From: Vicugna vicugna
Taxonomy: Eukaryota
Direction: 5' to 3'
DNA length: 64,000 bases
Assembly (NCBI GenBank): GCA_013265495.1
Contig: MU058384.1
Location: forward strand, 2,171,690-2,235,689
Each line of letters begins with the position of its first letter. Position 1 is the first letter of the stretch. The position numbers and the translations under genes are program-made. The notes under the pieces are model-generated. The model was not told where the DNA came from. It searched no databases and saw nothing but the letters and a program-made list of their open reading frames with translations. Below are positions 26,401-38,459 of the stretch, one piece after another.

Positions 26401-29240
26401 AAGCTGACAACAGAAAAGGTGAGCTTGTGGGTAGGAGAGATGAAATGGCTGATTGAAAGAGACAGGCAGGCAGAAGTGTAAGCAAATGAGAGGCAGGTAT
26501 TGTAAACAAATGAGCTGATTTGGTCTCACACAGCTCTCAGATACTTTTTGGTAACTACTTAAGAAGTTTGAAGGTTAGCCTCTCCCTCCAAGAGCATCCT
26601 ACTTCTGGTTGTAATGAAAGCAACACCAAATGATCCCTTACCCAGAGGTCCACTGAATGAACTTAAGTAAATAAGCCCAAATCACTTCATACGGTCTCTT
26701 CTGCAGACTTGATGACATCCTAGCTCTCTGCCCTTTGGGTGAAATGTTCACTCAATTAAGAAAGGACAGTGTTCCAGAAATAGGATTCCATTATGACCCC
26801 TGTTGTTGGCCTCAGGCTGCCAGAAATCCCCCAGTCTAACAAGGTCATTTATTTGGAGACAAAACCTGGAAACCCATCCTTTTAAGCACCTACTGGCCTG
26901 GCTGGATTCTTCAACCAGGTACAGGCATGTAGAGGGCTCTCTAGAATATTTGATCAGTCCACATATCTGAATACCTTTAATTTCATCAAAGACAGTCCAC
27001 TTGTAGCATTCATCTGGCAAGTTAACAAGCCACTAGTTGCTCTGATAATAACCAATGTTTGATGTGCTAATTAGCAAAGTACCTGATAATAACTGAGACA
27101 CTGTGACCTTTCCAATACAGCGCTAACTAATCACCCCAGGAGTACCAACTCCTGATACAAAAACTGGCAGCCCCTGAGTGTAAGTTCAACCAACACTTTT
27201 CATGTCACACCATCCGTGCTGGAGTATTTTTAAAGTAAATTATAGACATAATAGGATGCAAGGGAAAGAATAAGAGCCAAGACTTACTGGCAATCAGACC
27301 ACTGCCATACAAGTCTTGCCCAGATTCCTAAATGTTGCTGCTATGGTCACTTCTCAGATATTTTTCAGATCTATCCATTCATGTAACAAATATTTCAGAG
27401 TACCTACCTGTATATCATATATCATTTGAAGTATCTTGTCTGTCTGATAGTTCCAAGGAGAATTTAATATACTAAGAGAATGTTAAAAGTTCACTGACTG
27501 ACGCCGTTTATAACTTTTTCCAAAATGAAACAACCCACTGGGTATGAAGGTGTTCAAGCCCCCCCAAGGCTCCCTTTCATCCTCAAAGAGAAAGCAGCAC
27601 TAGAGAAGACTGTTTATAAACCTTAAATATCAATTGTTTTATTTTTTTTTCTAAAGGAAAAAAAAGAAACTCTTAAAGGTTATATGAACACTTTATGGTA
27701 TTTTCTTTAAGATAATGACATTATTAGGCTACATTTACCTTAATTGTGATTTACTGCATCGTAAAAAAATCGTGAATAAGAATTCTTGACGTTGCTTGTT
27801 AGTCCAGAGGTCAAACCAATGACTTATAAGAGCAACTCTTTCCTGAAAGAGCTGTAAGGAGAGGGGGTGACATTTTCCTTACAGTTCTATACATTCTTAG
27901 TTACTAAGCAATTGTTGGCAACGTAACAACCTCACAGCTAATATTTACATAGCACATTACAGTTCACAAAGCACGTTCACATATGTAGGAAGGGTCTTTC
28001 CTTTCGCTTAAACTGCTTTTATCCAGGGATGCAGATGAGCGCAAGCTAGTTGGGTGGGCTGGTGGGGATGTAATTACAGAAGTGCCCAAGGGCAGCCCAG
28101 GGAGGTCACGAATCCTGACTCTTGTTTCTACCTAAGCTAATATGGCCAGGGAAACAGAGTCCAAACATCTCATCTTGAAAACACATACAGTTCACTTGTT
28201 TAATTGTGAAAACAAGGCCTTTTGAAGTAGGTATGATTTTACTAACCTACAGTCCAATATTTTCAGAGCACCCGCCAGAGTGGAAGTCAGTAAATATTGC
28301 TGAATACTCATTGTTAGGAATGTCTCCATGGAAAACATACACCAGGGAACAGCGTTCCCCTAAACCTGGTTTCAGTCCAGTTTTGCTCAGATGACACATA
28401 TAAGCTCACTGTCTTTATTACTAGTCAGGCTTTGGTCCCACCCTAGCTGGTCTGCTTCCCTTCTGAACAGGCCTGGACCACGCATGCGGTCTGGGGACCC
28501 AGGCAGCCTTCTCCATGAAGGTCTGGCAGAGCTGCCTGGGCCATTCAGTGACCACTTGCCCCATTACCTTTCAAAGGAGGGGGCATCCCCAGGCTCCATG
28601 AACTATATAATTGGCACAGGAGGGAAAAGAGAATTAAAGAAACACATATCAACAGTCTCCACACCAAAAACCACCAAAAGCACCTTCTCTTGTCTCCTCC
28701 CCCTTCCAGCAGCCAGCGTGGGTCCCGGAGGTTTCTGTTTTGCCTCTGGAGGTGCCCACAGGGCAAAAGTGGAGGCAGATCTGCACCTCCCATAAGATTG
28801 GAGCTGTGGATTGGGGTGAAAAGAGACTGTCTCTTGGGGCAGGCAAATGCAGGTTTGTTTTTGTTTACAGTGACTCAGAAACTAAGTTCTTAAAAAAAAA
28901 AAAAAAGAAAACAGGAGGGGAGGGTATAGCTCAAGTGGTAGAGCGCATGCCTACCGTGCATGAGGCTCTGGGTTCAATCCCCAGTATCTTCATTAAAAAA
29001 AAAAAAATTTAAATGGATAAACCTAATTATCTCCACCCTCCACCAAAAAAGAAAAAAACTAAGTTCTTTACAAATATTTATCTTATTTTAAATGTGTCAA
29101 CATAAGACCCAGAATATCAAAGTAAAATTCACCTTAGAAATTAACCCTGGTTTATACTAGAGGGTGTGACTCACCTGTCGATTTAATGACTTGTTGCTAA
29201 AAGGTGTCCAAGCACTGAATCTTGTGTGGAAGCTCTCCAT
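2348..29240 (-). CDS. ECT2L: ECT2L (epithelial cell transforming 2-like), 5' part of spliced CDS: join(29240-29175, 27851-27739, 12733-12571, 9477-9225, 8413-8245, 7502-7364, 5782-5614, 2476-2348); continues beyond the left edge
   Basis: Spliced translation [38 protein letters not shown]...[34 protein letters not shown]...[22 protein letters not shown] matches my recollection of human ECT2L. All introns are GT-AG, phases join, and the total is 1201 nt. Order next to CCDC28A is as in human. Confidence 0.96.
3544..4028. mobile_element. TcMar-Tigger non-autonomous DNA transposon (MER6-like)
   Basis: Imperfect terminal inverted repeats CAGACGGTCCCCAGCTTATGGTGG / CCACCATAAGCTGAGGAAGATCTG; TA on the left; body resembles recalled MER6. 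Confidence 0.75.
4420..5248 (+). mobile_element. Old L1 3' end (ORF2 C-terminus plus 3' UTR)
   Basis: Typical L1 motifs: gcagcctacagaatgggagaaaat, gatccagcaatcccacttctg, aacccaaatgtcca. Confidence 0.85.
5249..5520 (+). mobile_element. MLT2-type ERVL LTR fragment
   Basis: Starts tgtgatgattaattttatgtgtcaact; contains cagttgaaggcctgaatagaacaaaaagg. Confidence 0.75.
5614..5782 (-). CDS. ECT2L: ECT2L coding exon 7 ([17 protein letters not shown]...EINLIQ)
   Basis: ttctag|ATG ... AAG|gtaagc; 169 nt. Confidence 0.95.
7364..7502 (-). CDS. ECT2L: ECT2L coding exon 6 ([17 protein letters not shown]...ISSRIPAYE)
   Basis: ctgcag|AAG ... GAG|gtaccc; 139 nt. Confidence 0.93.
8245..8413 (-). CDS. ECT2L: ECT2L coding exon 5 ([15 protein letters not shown]...DALPKR)
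   Basis: ttttcag|AGT ... GCG|gtaagc; 169 nt. Confidence 0.93.
9225..9477 (-). CDS. ECT2L: ECT2L coding exon 4 ([19 protein letters not shown]...KIALRK)
   Basis: ttggaag|GAT ... AGA|gtgagt; 253 nt. Confidence 0.95.
9950..11930 (+). mobile_element. Degenerate L1 5'/ORF1 region
   Basis: A-rich ORF1-like motifs (aaaatcctaaaagcagctagagaaa, gaaggtgaaataaagacattttcagacaaa). Confidence 0.65.
11662..11745 (+). mobile_element. tRNA-derived SINE (camelid-type), short copy nested in L1
   Basis: ggggagg...atagttcattggta...gtcctgggttcaatccccagtacctcc plus A tail; B-box GGTTCAATCCC. Confidence 0.8.
12571..12733 (-). CDS. ECT2L: ECT2L coding exon 3, F-box motif
   Basis: ttctag|GGT ... CAG|gtttac; 163 nt; [28 protein letters not shown] has the typical F-box pattern. 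Confidence 0.95.
13290..15785. mobile_element. Old L1 fragments (short + piece at 13290-13500, long - piece at 13560-15785)
   Basis: ORF2-like motifs on + followed by T-rich antisense L1 sequence. Confidence 0.7.
14477..15049 (-). mobile_element. Younger 5'-truncated L1 nested in the older L1
   Basis: Well-preserved antisense L1 3' end; 14-bp target site duplication ACCATCCTACTTTT at 14463-14476 and 15050-15063. Confidence 0.85.
17050..17670 (+). mobile_element. Old L1 (L1MC/ME-like) 3' UTR
   Basis: Ends ttgtactatttttgcaacttttctgtaagttaaaaattatt, typical of old L1 3' ends. Confidence 0.6.
17785..17942 (-). mobile_element. tRNA-derived SINE (camelid-type)
   Basis: Antisense head (gaggtactggggattgaacccagg...gagctatacc); TSD GCATTATTTTA at 17774-17784 and 17943-17953. 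Confidence 0.85.
20290..20787 (-). mobile_element. MLT1-type MaLR LTR
   Basis: tgtattagtttcct...ggcttaaagcagtacaaatgtgttttctcagagttctggaggtcagagg...ttatccagtctaccac. Confidence 0.8.
21160..21231. repeat. About 37-bp tandem duplication
   Basis: acatgatt(g/ta)aggctaattcaattcatgtgggtca present twice. Confidence 0.9.
24975..25525 (+). mobile_element. Old L1 3' end (L1MB/MC-like)
   Basis: aacaacccaaatgtccatcaactgatgaatggataaa ... gtgatggttgcacaag ... aataaag. Confidence 0.85.
27739..27851 (-). CDS. ECT2L: ECT2L coding exon 2 ([37 protein letters not shown])
   Basis: ttacag|CTC ... AAG|gtaaat; 113 nt, phase 0 to 2. Confidence 0.95.
28914..29055 (+). mobile_element. tRNA-derived SINE (camelid Vic-1-like), full head
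   Basis: ggggagggtatagctcaagtggtagagcgcatg...gggttcaatccccagt with Pol III A and B boxes; TSD AAACTAAGTTCTT at 28879-28891 and 29056-29068. Confidence 0.88.
29175..29240 (-). CDS. ECT2L: ECT2L first coding exon, coding part ([22 protein letters not shown])
   Basis: GAAATGG start context, 66 nt, donor CAG|gtgagt. Likely acceptor at 29347 or 29301. Confidence 0.93.
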
Positions 29241-29759
29241 TTCCAGGGTTTCCCTGGGAGAATTCCCAGCTGACATCTCAGCAAATTATTTTTGTCCAGT
29301 CCTAGAAACTACAGGTTCATTTCAATACATGTTCAATAAAAACCCACCTAGAACATCCAGCATATTAATGTTGTTCTTACAGGAATAATAAAATTGCAAC
29401 AATTCATTTATATATTTTTATATAGATCAAATTAGAGCAATTCATATCTATCTATACCTAGATATATATATAGAGAGAGAGATGTCCATACAAATATTCA
29501 CAGGGAGTTCATGACTCTAAATCACTGCAAGTATTCTCTCCTCAACTACTTGCACCCAAATGGGAATCCAAACTAGAGCTGTTTTTAACTTTGCTGGGAA
29601 AATGACTCAGCAATTCTTATCAGCCATAAATACTGACTCTTTCTTTCCCTGGAAAGCAAGAATCTGAAGGGCTCAAAGAGGGGACCCCACTGCCTAGCTG
29701 TTGAGGACGTAAGTGGAAGATATAGAGGAAAAGACGATATAGAGGAAAAAATCAGACTA

Positions 29760-31160
29760 ATATATTATCTATTGCCACATAGCAAATTGCCTTAAAATAT
29801 AAAAGCTCAAAACACGAAACTCTTATTGTTATCTCAAAGTTCCTGAGGGTCAAGAACCCAGGCACAACGTAGCGGGGCACAGTACTGTTAGTCTACTAGG
29901 GCTGCCTTTACAAAATACCACAGACTGGGTGGTTTGAACAACAGGAATTTATTTTCTCATAGTTCTAGGTGCCATCAGGGCAGTTCTGGTGAGGCCTCCC
30001 TTCCTGTCTTGCAGGCAGCAGCCTTCCTGCTGTGTTCTCACAAGGCCTTTATTCTGAGCACACAGTGGGTGGAGGTAGGGGGCACTCTGGTGCCTCTTCC
30101 TCTTCTTATAAGGACACCAGTCCTATTGGGTGAAGGCCCCCAACCTTATAACCTCACTTAACTTCTACTACATCTTTATAGGCTTTATCTCCAGATGCAG
30201 GCACATTGGGGGTTGGGGCTTTAACACATGAATTGGGTGGGGGGGCACAATTCAGTCCTTAACAGGTACCTCTGCCTCAAGTTCTCCCGTAAGTTGCAAC
30301 CAAGGTGTTGGTGAGGACCCCAGTCTCATCTGAAGGGGCTGAAGCTCACGCATGTGGCTGTGGCTAGGATTCAGGTGCTCATGGGCTGCTGGGTGGAAGG
30401 CCTCGGTTCTCACTGGCTGTTGGCTGGAGGCTTCTTTTGCCTTCCTTGCCACATGGGCTTCTCCATAGGGCAGTTCACATGGCAGGTGGCTTCCATCACA
30501 GGAAGCAAATGAAAAAGCACAAGAGGGCACACAAGAGGGAAGCCCCAGCTTCCTTGTAGCCTGGCCTGACACCACAGCTGACAAGACTCTGGGTGTCCTG
30601 GGATGGGGTAGATGTATTCCACATGTGAAAGGCTTGTGAATTGTTGGCATATTGACTGTACATACGGCCAGGAATAACTGCTCCCTTCCCAGCCCTCCCA
30701 TCAAGAAGTGGAGTCTAACTGCCCTTCCTCCCCATGAGCCTGCACTAGCGCTGCCTTGTTTTCACCAACAGGATGCTGGAAGTGATGACATATGACTTCT
30801 GGGCCTGGGCCTTAAGAAGACTTGCAGTTTTTCTTTTTGCATTTCGAGATCTAGCTGCCACGTAAATAAGCTTGGGCTAGGTGACTGAGTGAGGAGAGGC
30901 TCCATGGAAAGGCAGAGGTTGAGCCAGCCTCCAGCTGTTTCGGCCGCCCCAGTCAAAGCACCAGATGTGTGAATGAAGCCATCTTGGGTACTCCAGTTCT
31001 AACAGAGCTCCCAGGTAAATGCAACCACACGAGTGAACCCAGCCTACAACAGGAAGCAGAACTGCCCAGATGAGGCCAGCCAACCCATGGAACTGTGAAA
31101 AATAATGATTCCTGTTTCAAGCTACTAAATTTGGGGACTGTTATCCAGCACAGACTGACA
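29760..31160. mobile_element. Cluster of MLT1-type MaLR LTRs; one (29886-30264) nested in an older one, a third at ~30656-31155
   Basis: Inner element has TG...CA ends and a near-perfect 5-bp TSD agtac/ggtac; MLT1 motifs throughout. Confidence 0.75.
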
Positions 31161-31189
31161 AAGCCATGCCTTGGTGAGCATCTAGAATG

Positions 31190-32390
31190 CTCATCTACAG
31201 CTGGTCAAAGTGTAAATTAGTATAAGTACTTTGAAAAACTGTTTGGCATTATTTTGTAAAGTTGAACATATGCATACACTTGACCCAGCAAGAAAGCATG
31301 CACCTGTGGGCCAAATAAATCAACAAGAAAATTCATAGCTGCATTGGATAGCTCCAAACTGGAAACAACCTAAGCAACTATCAACAGTTGAATGGATAAA
31401 TATATTGTCATATATTCATGCAATGGAATACTATAGATCAATGATCTGCTACACACAAAAATGTGCATGAATTATACACATAAGATGAAGGTGGAAACAA
31501 AACACATTTTGTATTGTATCATTTATACAAAGTTCTATGCTAAAGTATTAGAAGTCAGGTTAGTGGTTATCTTTAGGGAGAAAGAGAAGGTAGTGACTAG
31601 GAGGGAGGATGTGAGAGGTGATTCTGGAGTGCACGTACTGATCTAGCAGTGGGAGCCTGGGTGAGTTCACTTCAAAATTCATTGGGTGCTACACTTAACG
31701 ATTAGTCTATTTTTCTATATCTTCTATTTTGATCCAGAAGTTTTAAAACAATAACATAAACACTACTAAGTTGTACAGTAGTACAGTAACAATAAAACAC
31801 TACTAAATATCTAGAAAAAATTGAAGTGCAACTTTCTGAAGTAAATTAGAAAGCTTTACTGAAAAAAAATTTTTAAAACCTAAATAAATGGAGAGATAGG
31901 CTTGATTCAGAAAAATGAAGAGACTCATTTTCTCAAATTGACCTACAGAGTCAATGCAATCTCAAAAAACTCCTAGAGATGTATTGCGGAGGAGGGGCGG
32001 GCGTGTAACTGGAAAAGCTGATTCTAAAATGTTTTTGGAAATTTAAAGGGCCAAAGGATTCCAGACAGTCTGGAAGAACAAAGGACAGAGATGTGTTTCT
32101 AGACTTTAGATGTGAATCAAGACTTATTAAAGGCGCAGTGATATGAGGACCTGGTATTAGTGTGGGACAGACAATGAAAAGAGGGGAGCAGAAGAGAAAG
32201 TCCAAAATAGACTCATGCAACCATGGGCACTTCTGAGATGACAAATCAAAGAGGAAGAGAGAGATGTTTCCATTTATAGAAAACAGAAAAGCAGTTGGTC
32301 CCCTTTCTTACACTATACCACACACATATCAACTATGTGGAGGCTATTTTATATACAAAATCAATTACACATGGTTTGTGAATGCCCAAA
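31190..32390 (+). mobile_element. Degenerate L1 fragments
   Basis: caaactggaaacaacc...gaatggataaat; aaattgacctacagagtcaatgcaatc. Confidence 0.65.
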
Positions 32391-33649
32391 ATTAAGAACA
32401 ATGGATGATGTCAAAGAGATGGATTTCGGCTCAGTCTAAGTGGGAAAACAGTCACTTCAGCAGCACTAGCTGTCTCAGGAGGTTATGTCCATCCCAGACA
32501 ACATTAAAACACAAACTGGATGACCGCTTTTCACTGAAATTCTAGCTAGATTCAAGCATCAGAAATGTGTAAGTTTCTAAGCAACCCTCTGTTGCTATAA
32601 ATTCTAAGAGAGGGAACAATGTAAACTTCTTCAGTCTGGAGTTGCTGAAGAAACTTTACAGGCAAGTCAGAAGAATCTGAGAATTAGACAAACGCTGGTG
32701 GTGCCTCTACTCTTACTACACTTCAGTGAGATAGAAGCGCATTTTAAAAAAGAACATCTCAGAAAGGTATGTACCATATTAGGAACCATTTTAGAAATAT
32801 TACAGAAGGGCAGCATGACATGGCTGAGCACCAGATGTGGACCCCTGCTCTGATCACCCCAAACTGAAGCTTGAGAAGTAATTTCATCCTTGAGCCTCAG
32901 TTTCCTCATGTGTGAAGCAAGGCACAGATGTGTCTTGGCAAACTGCAGGATAATAATCTGTTGTTCAGATAAAAACCTGATGGCAATGTGGAAAATTAAA
33001 TACCTCTCTCTGAATCAACATTAAACCAAGACAAATCCTTAGCTTCATAAGATGCCCAGCTGTTGTTATGTGAAATCTCTCCAAGAGCCAACATAAGGGA
33101 TTTTTATTTAGCAAGTTCTCAAAATTGTTATTATCCTCTGTGTTAAGAGATTACTGAGTTACAAAATGAGTGAAACATTACAGAAAGAATAGTTGCTATC
33201 TCTGCTGGTGGACTTAAATGTGTGAGTACAGTACCTCATATGTAGACATAAATATAAAGATACAAATTCCCACAGGATTTTATTCATTCTCTAAGATGTC
33301 AACATTACTGACTAGTTATTCAGTCCAGGGAGAAATGGCATGCTGGCAACCACTACTTCTGTAAATGGAATGATTCTTTTCATAGTCCAGCATTTCTCCA
33401 AATAGTAGCTCCATAAGAAATTAGTCCTAAGTATTTCCCAGAAAAACAGGATCCATTGCTAAATATGCCTGGGAAATGATTGGTTGAGCAAAACTAAAAC
33501 CATTTCTTTTTTGTAGGATGTTTTGGAAATTTAGTGTGTTGATGTTCACGGTGACTCTCCAAGAGGAGGAGATAATATTCAGCATTTCCCTTGTTCATTG
33601 TTATAGGAGCCTATCATGGTGTGTACTGATTATCTGATGTGTGTATCAT

Positions 33650-34412
33650 CGTAGTTATCTAATGCCATGTAACAAGCAGCCCCAATACTTAGTTACTTAA
33701 AACAATAAGCATTTATTATCTCACAGCTTCTGTGAATCAGGGGTCATGCATGACTTAACTAGGTCCTCTGGCTCAGGGTCTCTCACAATCCAAGTGTCAG
33801 CTGGGGCTATAGTCATCCCAAAGTTGGACTGGGGAAGGATCCACGTCCAAGCTCATGTAAAGGCTTGTTGGCAACATTCAGTTCCTCCCTGACTGCTGGC
33901 ACAAGGGCCTCAGTTCCTTGCAGGCTGTTTGTTGGCTGAAGGCTCCCCTCCCCATGTGGGTTTCTTCACAGCTTAGTTCACAAAGTGGCAGCTAGCAAGT
34001 GAGAGGGCAAGAGAGGGCAGTCAAGATGGAAGCCAGAATCTGTGTGACAAAGTCTCAGAAGTGATATACTCACTTCTTGATTAGTCAGAGCAGGAGTCAG
34101 CAAACATGGGCAGCAGGCCATATTTGGGCCACCACCCATTTTTGTAAATAGTTTCATTAGAAGATAGCTAATGACATTTATTTATGTACTGTCGGTGGTT
34201 GCTTTTGTGGTACAACAGTGGAACTGAATGACTGGGAGAGAAACTACATGGCCCACAAAGCCAAAACTGTTTACTGTCTGGCCCTTTACAGAAAAAGTTT
34301 GGCAACCCCTGCATTAGAAACAAGTCTAGCCCACACTTGAGGGAGGAGAGTCACACGGGCACGAATACCAGGAAGCTGGGGTGGTGGGAGCCATTCTAGA
34401 AGCTGCTACCAC
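33650..34412. mobile_element. MLT1-type LTR interrupted by a MER58-like hAT-Charlie element (34091-34310)
   Basis: Terminal repeats CAGGAGTCAGCAAAC / GTTTGGCAACCCCTG and ctggccctttacagaaaaagtttg typical of MER58. Confidence 0.75.
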
Positions 34413-36899
34413 AGTGCCTGCCGACAGGTGGGGACTTGGCAAGTATTTGCTGAGTGAGTAAATGAATAATTGCTCATGTCTACCAATTTTCTAAATTCAA
34501 GGGCTGAAAAACAAATTGCTAGCCAAGAAAAAGCCAAATTCCGTCACTGATTATTAGGATTTGAAAACTGCGTCACAACTGTGACAATTTATCAACCTGT
34601 ATGATCTTCTTAGTAAATTTCCATCATTATGTCAAATGAGTTACATGGTAATATAAACTTATAATTAAGTTTATACGTAGATCTGACAGATTGTTCTCTC
34701 ATGACATCAGCAAATTGGAAGAAAGGGTACTTATTTGAGATTAGAATTCACTCTGGGGCAAGAAAACTTATTGTGAATTAATGTTTACAACAGGGGAGTT
34801 ACAATACCTTCTAATACCAACAGACACCCCAAAACATAAACGTACAAAACCAAATTCTCATCCATTTTTCATCTTTTCTCAGTATCCTTTCTCCAAAAGC
34901 CCGATTACTGTACCACAAAGTTCTTCTTTGATCACTTAGGATTTCTCGTGTTTTACACAAAGCAGTGTATCCACTCTAGGAAGAGTAAAGGGCCTGTTGC
35001 TGCTTTGCTTACAGCCCAGTTTTCCACTGAATCGAAACTCCAGCATGAGTGACACAAACTGGAGACCTCTTTCTTCCCTCACTCTATAAAACAAGGGCTC
35101 TAAGTGCTTCTGAAGTTTGGCGAAAAAAGCACTAAAATAAGAGACCCCAATCTGTGGCTCTTCTCATGTTTAACTGGATCCAAGAAGCATGGTTAGTAAC
35201 AAAATCAAAGTGGGAGGAAGCAGGTAATAGATGTTATATTTAACACCCTACTTTTTTGTGAGTAGCTATTCTGACTGGCAAGTGTTAGTAATTCTCTTTC
35301 CCATACCTGAGCTTGTTTAATCCTCCCATTCACCCTGGGAGATTGATTACAGAGGAGAAGAACAGAGTAAAGAAAATTGTCCAGAAGGTCACACAGGTAG
35401 TAACTGGCTATCAAGTTTGAAAATTATACTGGGTTTTTCTAAAAGTGTGAGTGTAACTTGAACTGGATATATGACCGCTATGGGTTAATTTGGGATTACA
35501 ATTTCTATTTGGTGCCCGACTATTCTTTACCACTGACATATCAAGGAGGAATTCAGCCATTGCCACTGGCACTCAGTGCTCAGGGAAAAAAGTGGGGTGC
35601 CTGTTGTGTGACAACCAAAGCCAGATTAAGGGGTGAAATTGGTAGGCAATTGCCAGTCCATACAGAGAGATAAATCATCACTGGAATAAATCAGAACCAT
35701 GTTGTTATTAACTGTTTCCACAGATGACTGGTTACACAGCCGGAGGAATGTAAATTAGTCTCGTCCTGCTCCACCATATGAGACACTGACTTGGGAGTGA
35801 AGACGAAACAAAACATTGTTCCTTGGCACAGAGGTACCTACACTTGAGTACTTTTGCAATTCACTCATGCATGTTGTACAATGATTCGTTTATTATCTAA
35901 AATTTAACTCCTTAAATATGCCTCCTCTGAAGTTGTGTGGTTCTAGACTGCAGAAAAGAACTAGAGTATAGGAGAAGTGAGGGTGATAAGTGAAAAAATA
36001 GAAATGAAAGATAATTTTTATTAAATGTACAAATAAATAATAAATAATGAAAGTAATAGCATATTTTGAAGAAATCTACCATATTAAAATCATGAGAGGG
36101 GATAGGAACTACCATCCTTGTGAGCCAAAACTGGACATACTCAAATGCTGGCTAAAATTAAAATTGCTATAAAATTAAAATTATAGCAAGAAGCGACTGT
36201 ATTATTTACATTCAAGAAAAATAAACAGTTATTGTTGTTCTAAGGCTTTCAAGTTTCAACCTCCCCCCCCTTTTACCCCATAGAAATAACTGTTTTTAGA
36301 GCATGATTTTTACGGTTCCTGAGGTGCACAAATGTCAAGATGGGCGTGAAAACGATTCCTCGGGTTACGCTGAACTTGAATACATGAGATGTCAGGATAT
36401 TCTGATACGATATGTGGCAATATTTATTAATAAGCAGAGCATGAGTACTTTTAAAAAGATGAATATTCATAAGTACCATGATTTTAAGATTTCATCCTCT
36501 CGATCTCTGAGCTATTCATGAATTTAATCCAGTTCATCAAATCTTGGCATATTAACTCTCAGTGCTACACAGTTCTAACCACAAACTGTATTCATAGTAG
36601 AGTCTTTGTATTTCTGCTTCACTACCTCCCCACCCCTCACCCCACTTCCCACGTTTCGGACTCCGGACTCCATGGTAGGAAAGAGGGAGAGAACTGGCAG
36701 GAGGGAGGGAGTCCTTGTGAGCCAGTTTGGAAACCTATGAAAATCAGTGCTCAGTGACTTAACTCCTTTCTGTCCCAACCGAGCGTTCTGCAGGAGGTAA
36801 GAGTTTACTGGTCACAGCCCAATTCAAACCTGACCCTAGGGCAGGGATAGTTTTCTTCTCCCAAGCGCCACTTCAGCCTTTTGGAAAATTATGGAGCTG

Positions 36900-37430
36900 C
36901 TCAGCTTCTCCAAGGTCACCAGGGGAGCCCAGTGAGGGCGCTGCCTAGGGTCTTCCCGCGGCTGCACGGGAACTAAACCAGCCTGCGCACTGGGCCCCGG
37001 GCCCCGGGCCCCGACGGTCCCAAGCAAGAGCTGTGAGGCCGAGAAGCCAAGAGCTTTACCTCTGACAGCTGGTGGAGAGACCCGGCTCCGGGCGGATGCT
37101 TGCTCTTTGGACCGCAGAACGCAGGACCCCCAGCCGCAGCCTGGGGAGGGGGCGGGGCCGGCAGCGGCCCGTCTCCATAGAGACCTGACAACACGGCCCC
37201 GCCCCGCCCCGCGGGCCCACGGCTCCAAGTCACCTGCACCCGCGCCTTCCCCGCAAGAGGGCCAGAAACCGGCTCGCCTGTGGACCACGCTCAGAGCGTC
37301 CGTGCTGCACCGGCCGACACCTCCCTCTCCACTGCTGCTGGTTCCCCGTGACTTTGTCAATCTCCAGGGAGTCTGCAATGGAATCCTGGGCGTCACTGCA
37401 GGTCCCAGAAGCCCCTGAAGGCACGGAGCA
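36900..37430 (-). promoter_or_regulatory. ECT2L: CpG island / promoter and probable non-coding exon 1 of ECT2L
   Basis: GC- and CpG-dense; GC boxes (GGGGCGGGG, CCCCGCCCC); X-box-like palindrome GTCTCCATAGAGAC at 37171-37184; minus-strand donor GAG|gtaaag at 37060/37059. Confidence 0.75.
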
Positions 37431-38459
37431 GAGGGGACAGACCCAAGAGGCTTGGATACTGAAGCCAACATTTGCTTGGTCTCAAAGCCAGGAATTTTAA
37501 GGCTGTGGCGTTTCGTATCTTCAGCAAACCCTCAGAATATTTTAGTACTTACTATTGCCAATTTTCACATTACCCAGGAGGTACCAAAACCAAATCAACA
37601 TCTTTCTTAGTTTCTAATGGTTCTAGTCAAAATGCTTCTACGTATTTATTGTGAAGACTCTAAGGTTTTTTTTTTTTTTATGTAGATAAATAGTTACCAA
37701 CATGGGAAGATGTTCACAACATGAAAAGCATGTTAGAAAACCATATGAATAGTACTATCTAATTTTTATAAATAAATGTCTGTTTTAAGACGCCTGGAAG
37801 TACATTAACAAACTTCTTTTAGTCATCTGTAATTAAAATTTTTCTACTATAAATATGCAACATCTGTATAATACATAATAAATGTTAGTCTAATCGTTTT
37901 ATTCTAATCCAAGCACCTCATTTTTTTTCTTGTTGCCTTTAACATACGCTCAAATTGTGTGAAAGGATATAAATTAGATAAACTAAAAATTTGTTACCTG
38001 GGACCGACATGGGGTTCCTTGACACAAAGGACAAATGAACCAGCTGAATAAACAAGGCTGATCTGCCGCTCTGTCACGAATCCACAGGAAACAGCTTTTG
38101 CTTTACTCTTATCTCAGGACTCATCCAAGAAAAACATGTCAAATGGCAGTTTTCTTTTGCTCTGTCAGACCTTAAAATGCTTTTTCCCCTGGAATTCCTA
38201 TTCTCTCAACCCAACAGAAAAGTTTTGAAGGGTGCATTTAATGTTCTGGTGATTTTATTTTTAAAAGGGGTATACAAAAGACTGATTAGAGAAACTGATC
38301 AGAATTCTTTGAACTTCGAATGCCAAAAATTACTGAAATTGAGATTTTTTTTTATGTTGTTCAATGGGTCCCCCACCCTCCCCATTTCCAAATAGGTGCT
38401 TGTTACTGTGGCCTGGAAACAAGGAGGAAGAAGCATGGGCCTCTTCTCCAAGATGAAGG

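Noticed and set aside
28917..28990. Possible tRNA gene
   Set aside because: Has A and B boxes but also an A-rich tail, TSDs and several diverged copies in the window; it is a SINE.
35723..35834. Plus-strand exon-like segment (ttccacag|ATG ... GAG|gtacc)
   Set aside because: Weak donor, no partner exon and no recognisable product.
36836..37471. 211-aa ORF and overlapping ORFs
   Set aside because: GC-rich CpG island lacks stops by composition; non-ATG start and no recognisable protein.
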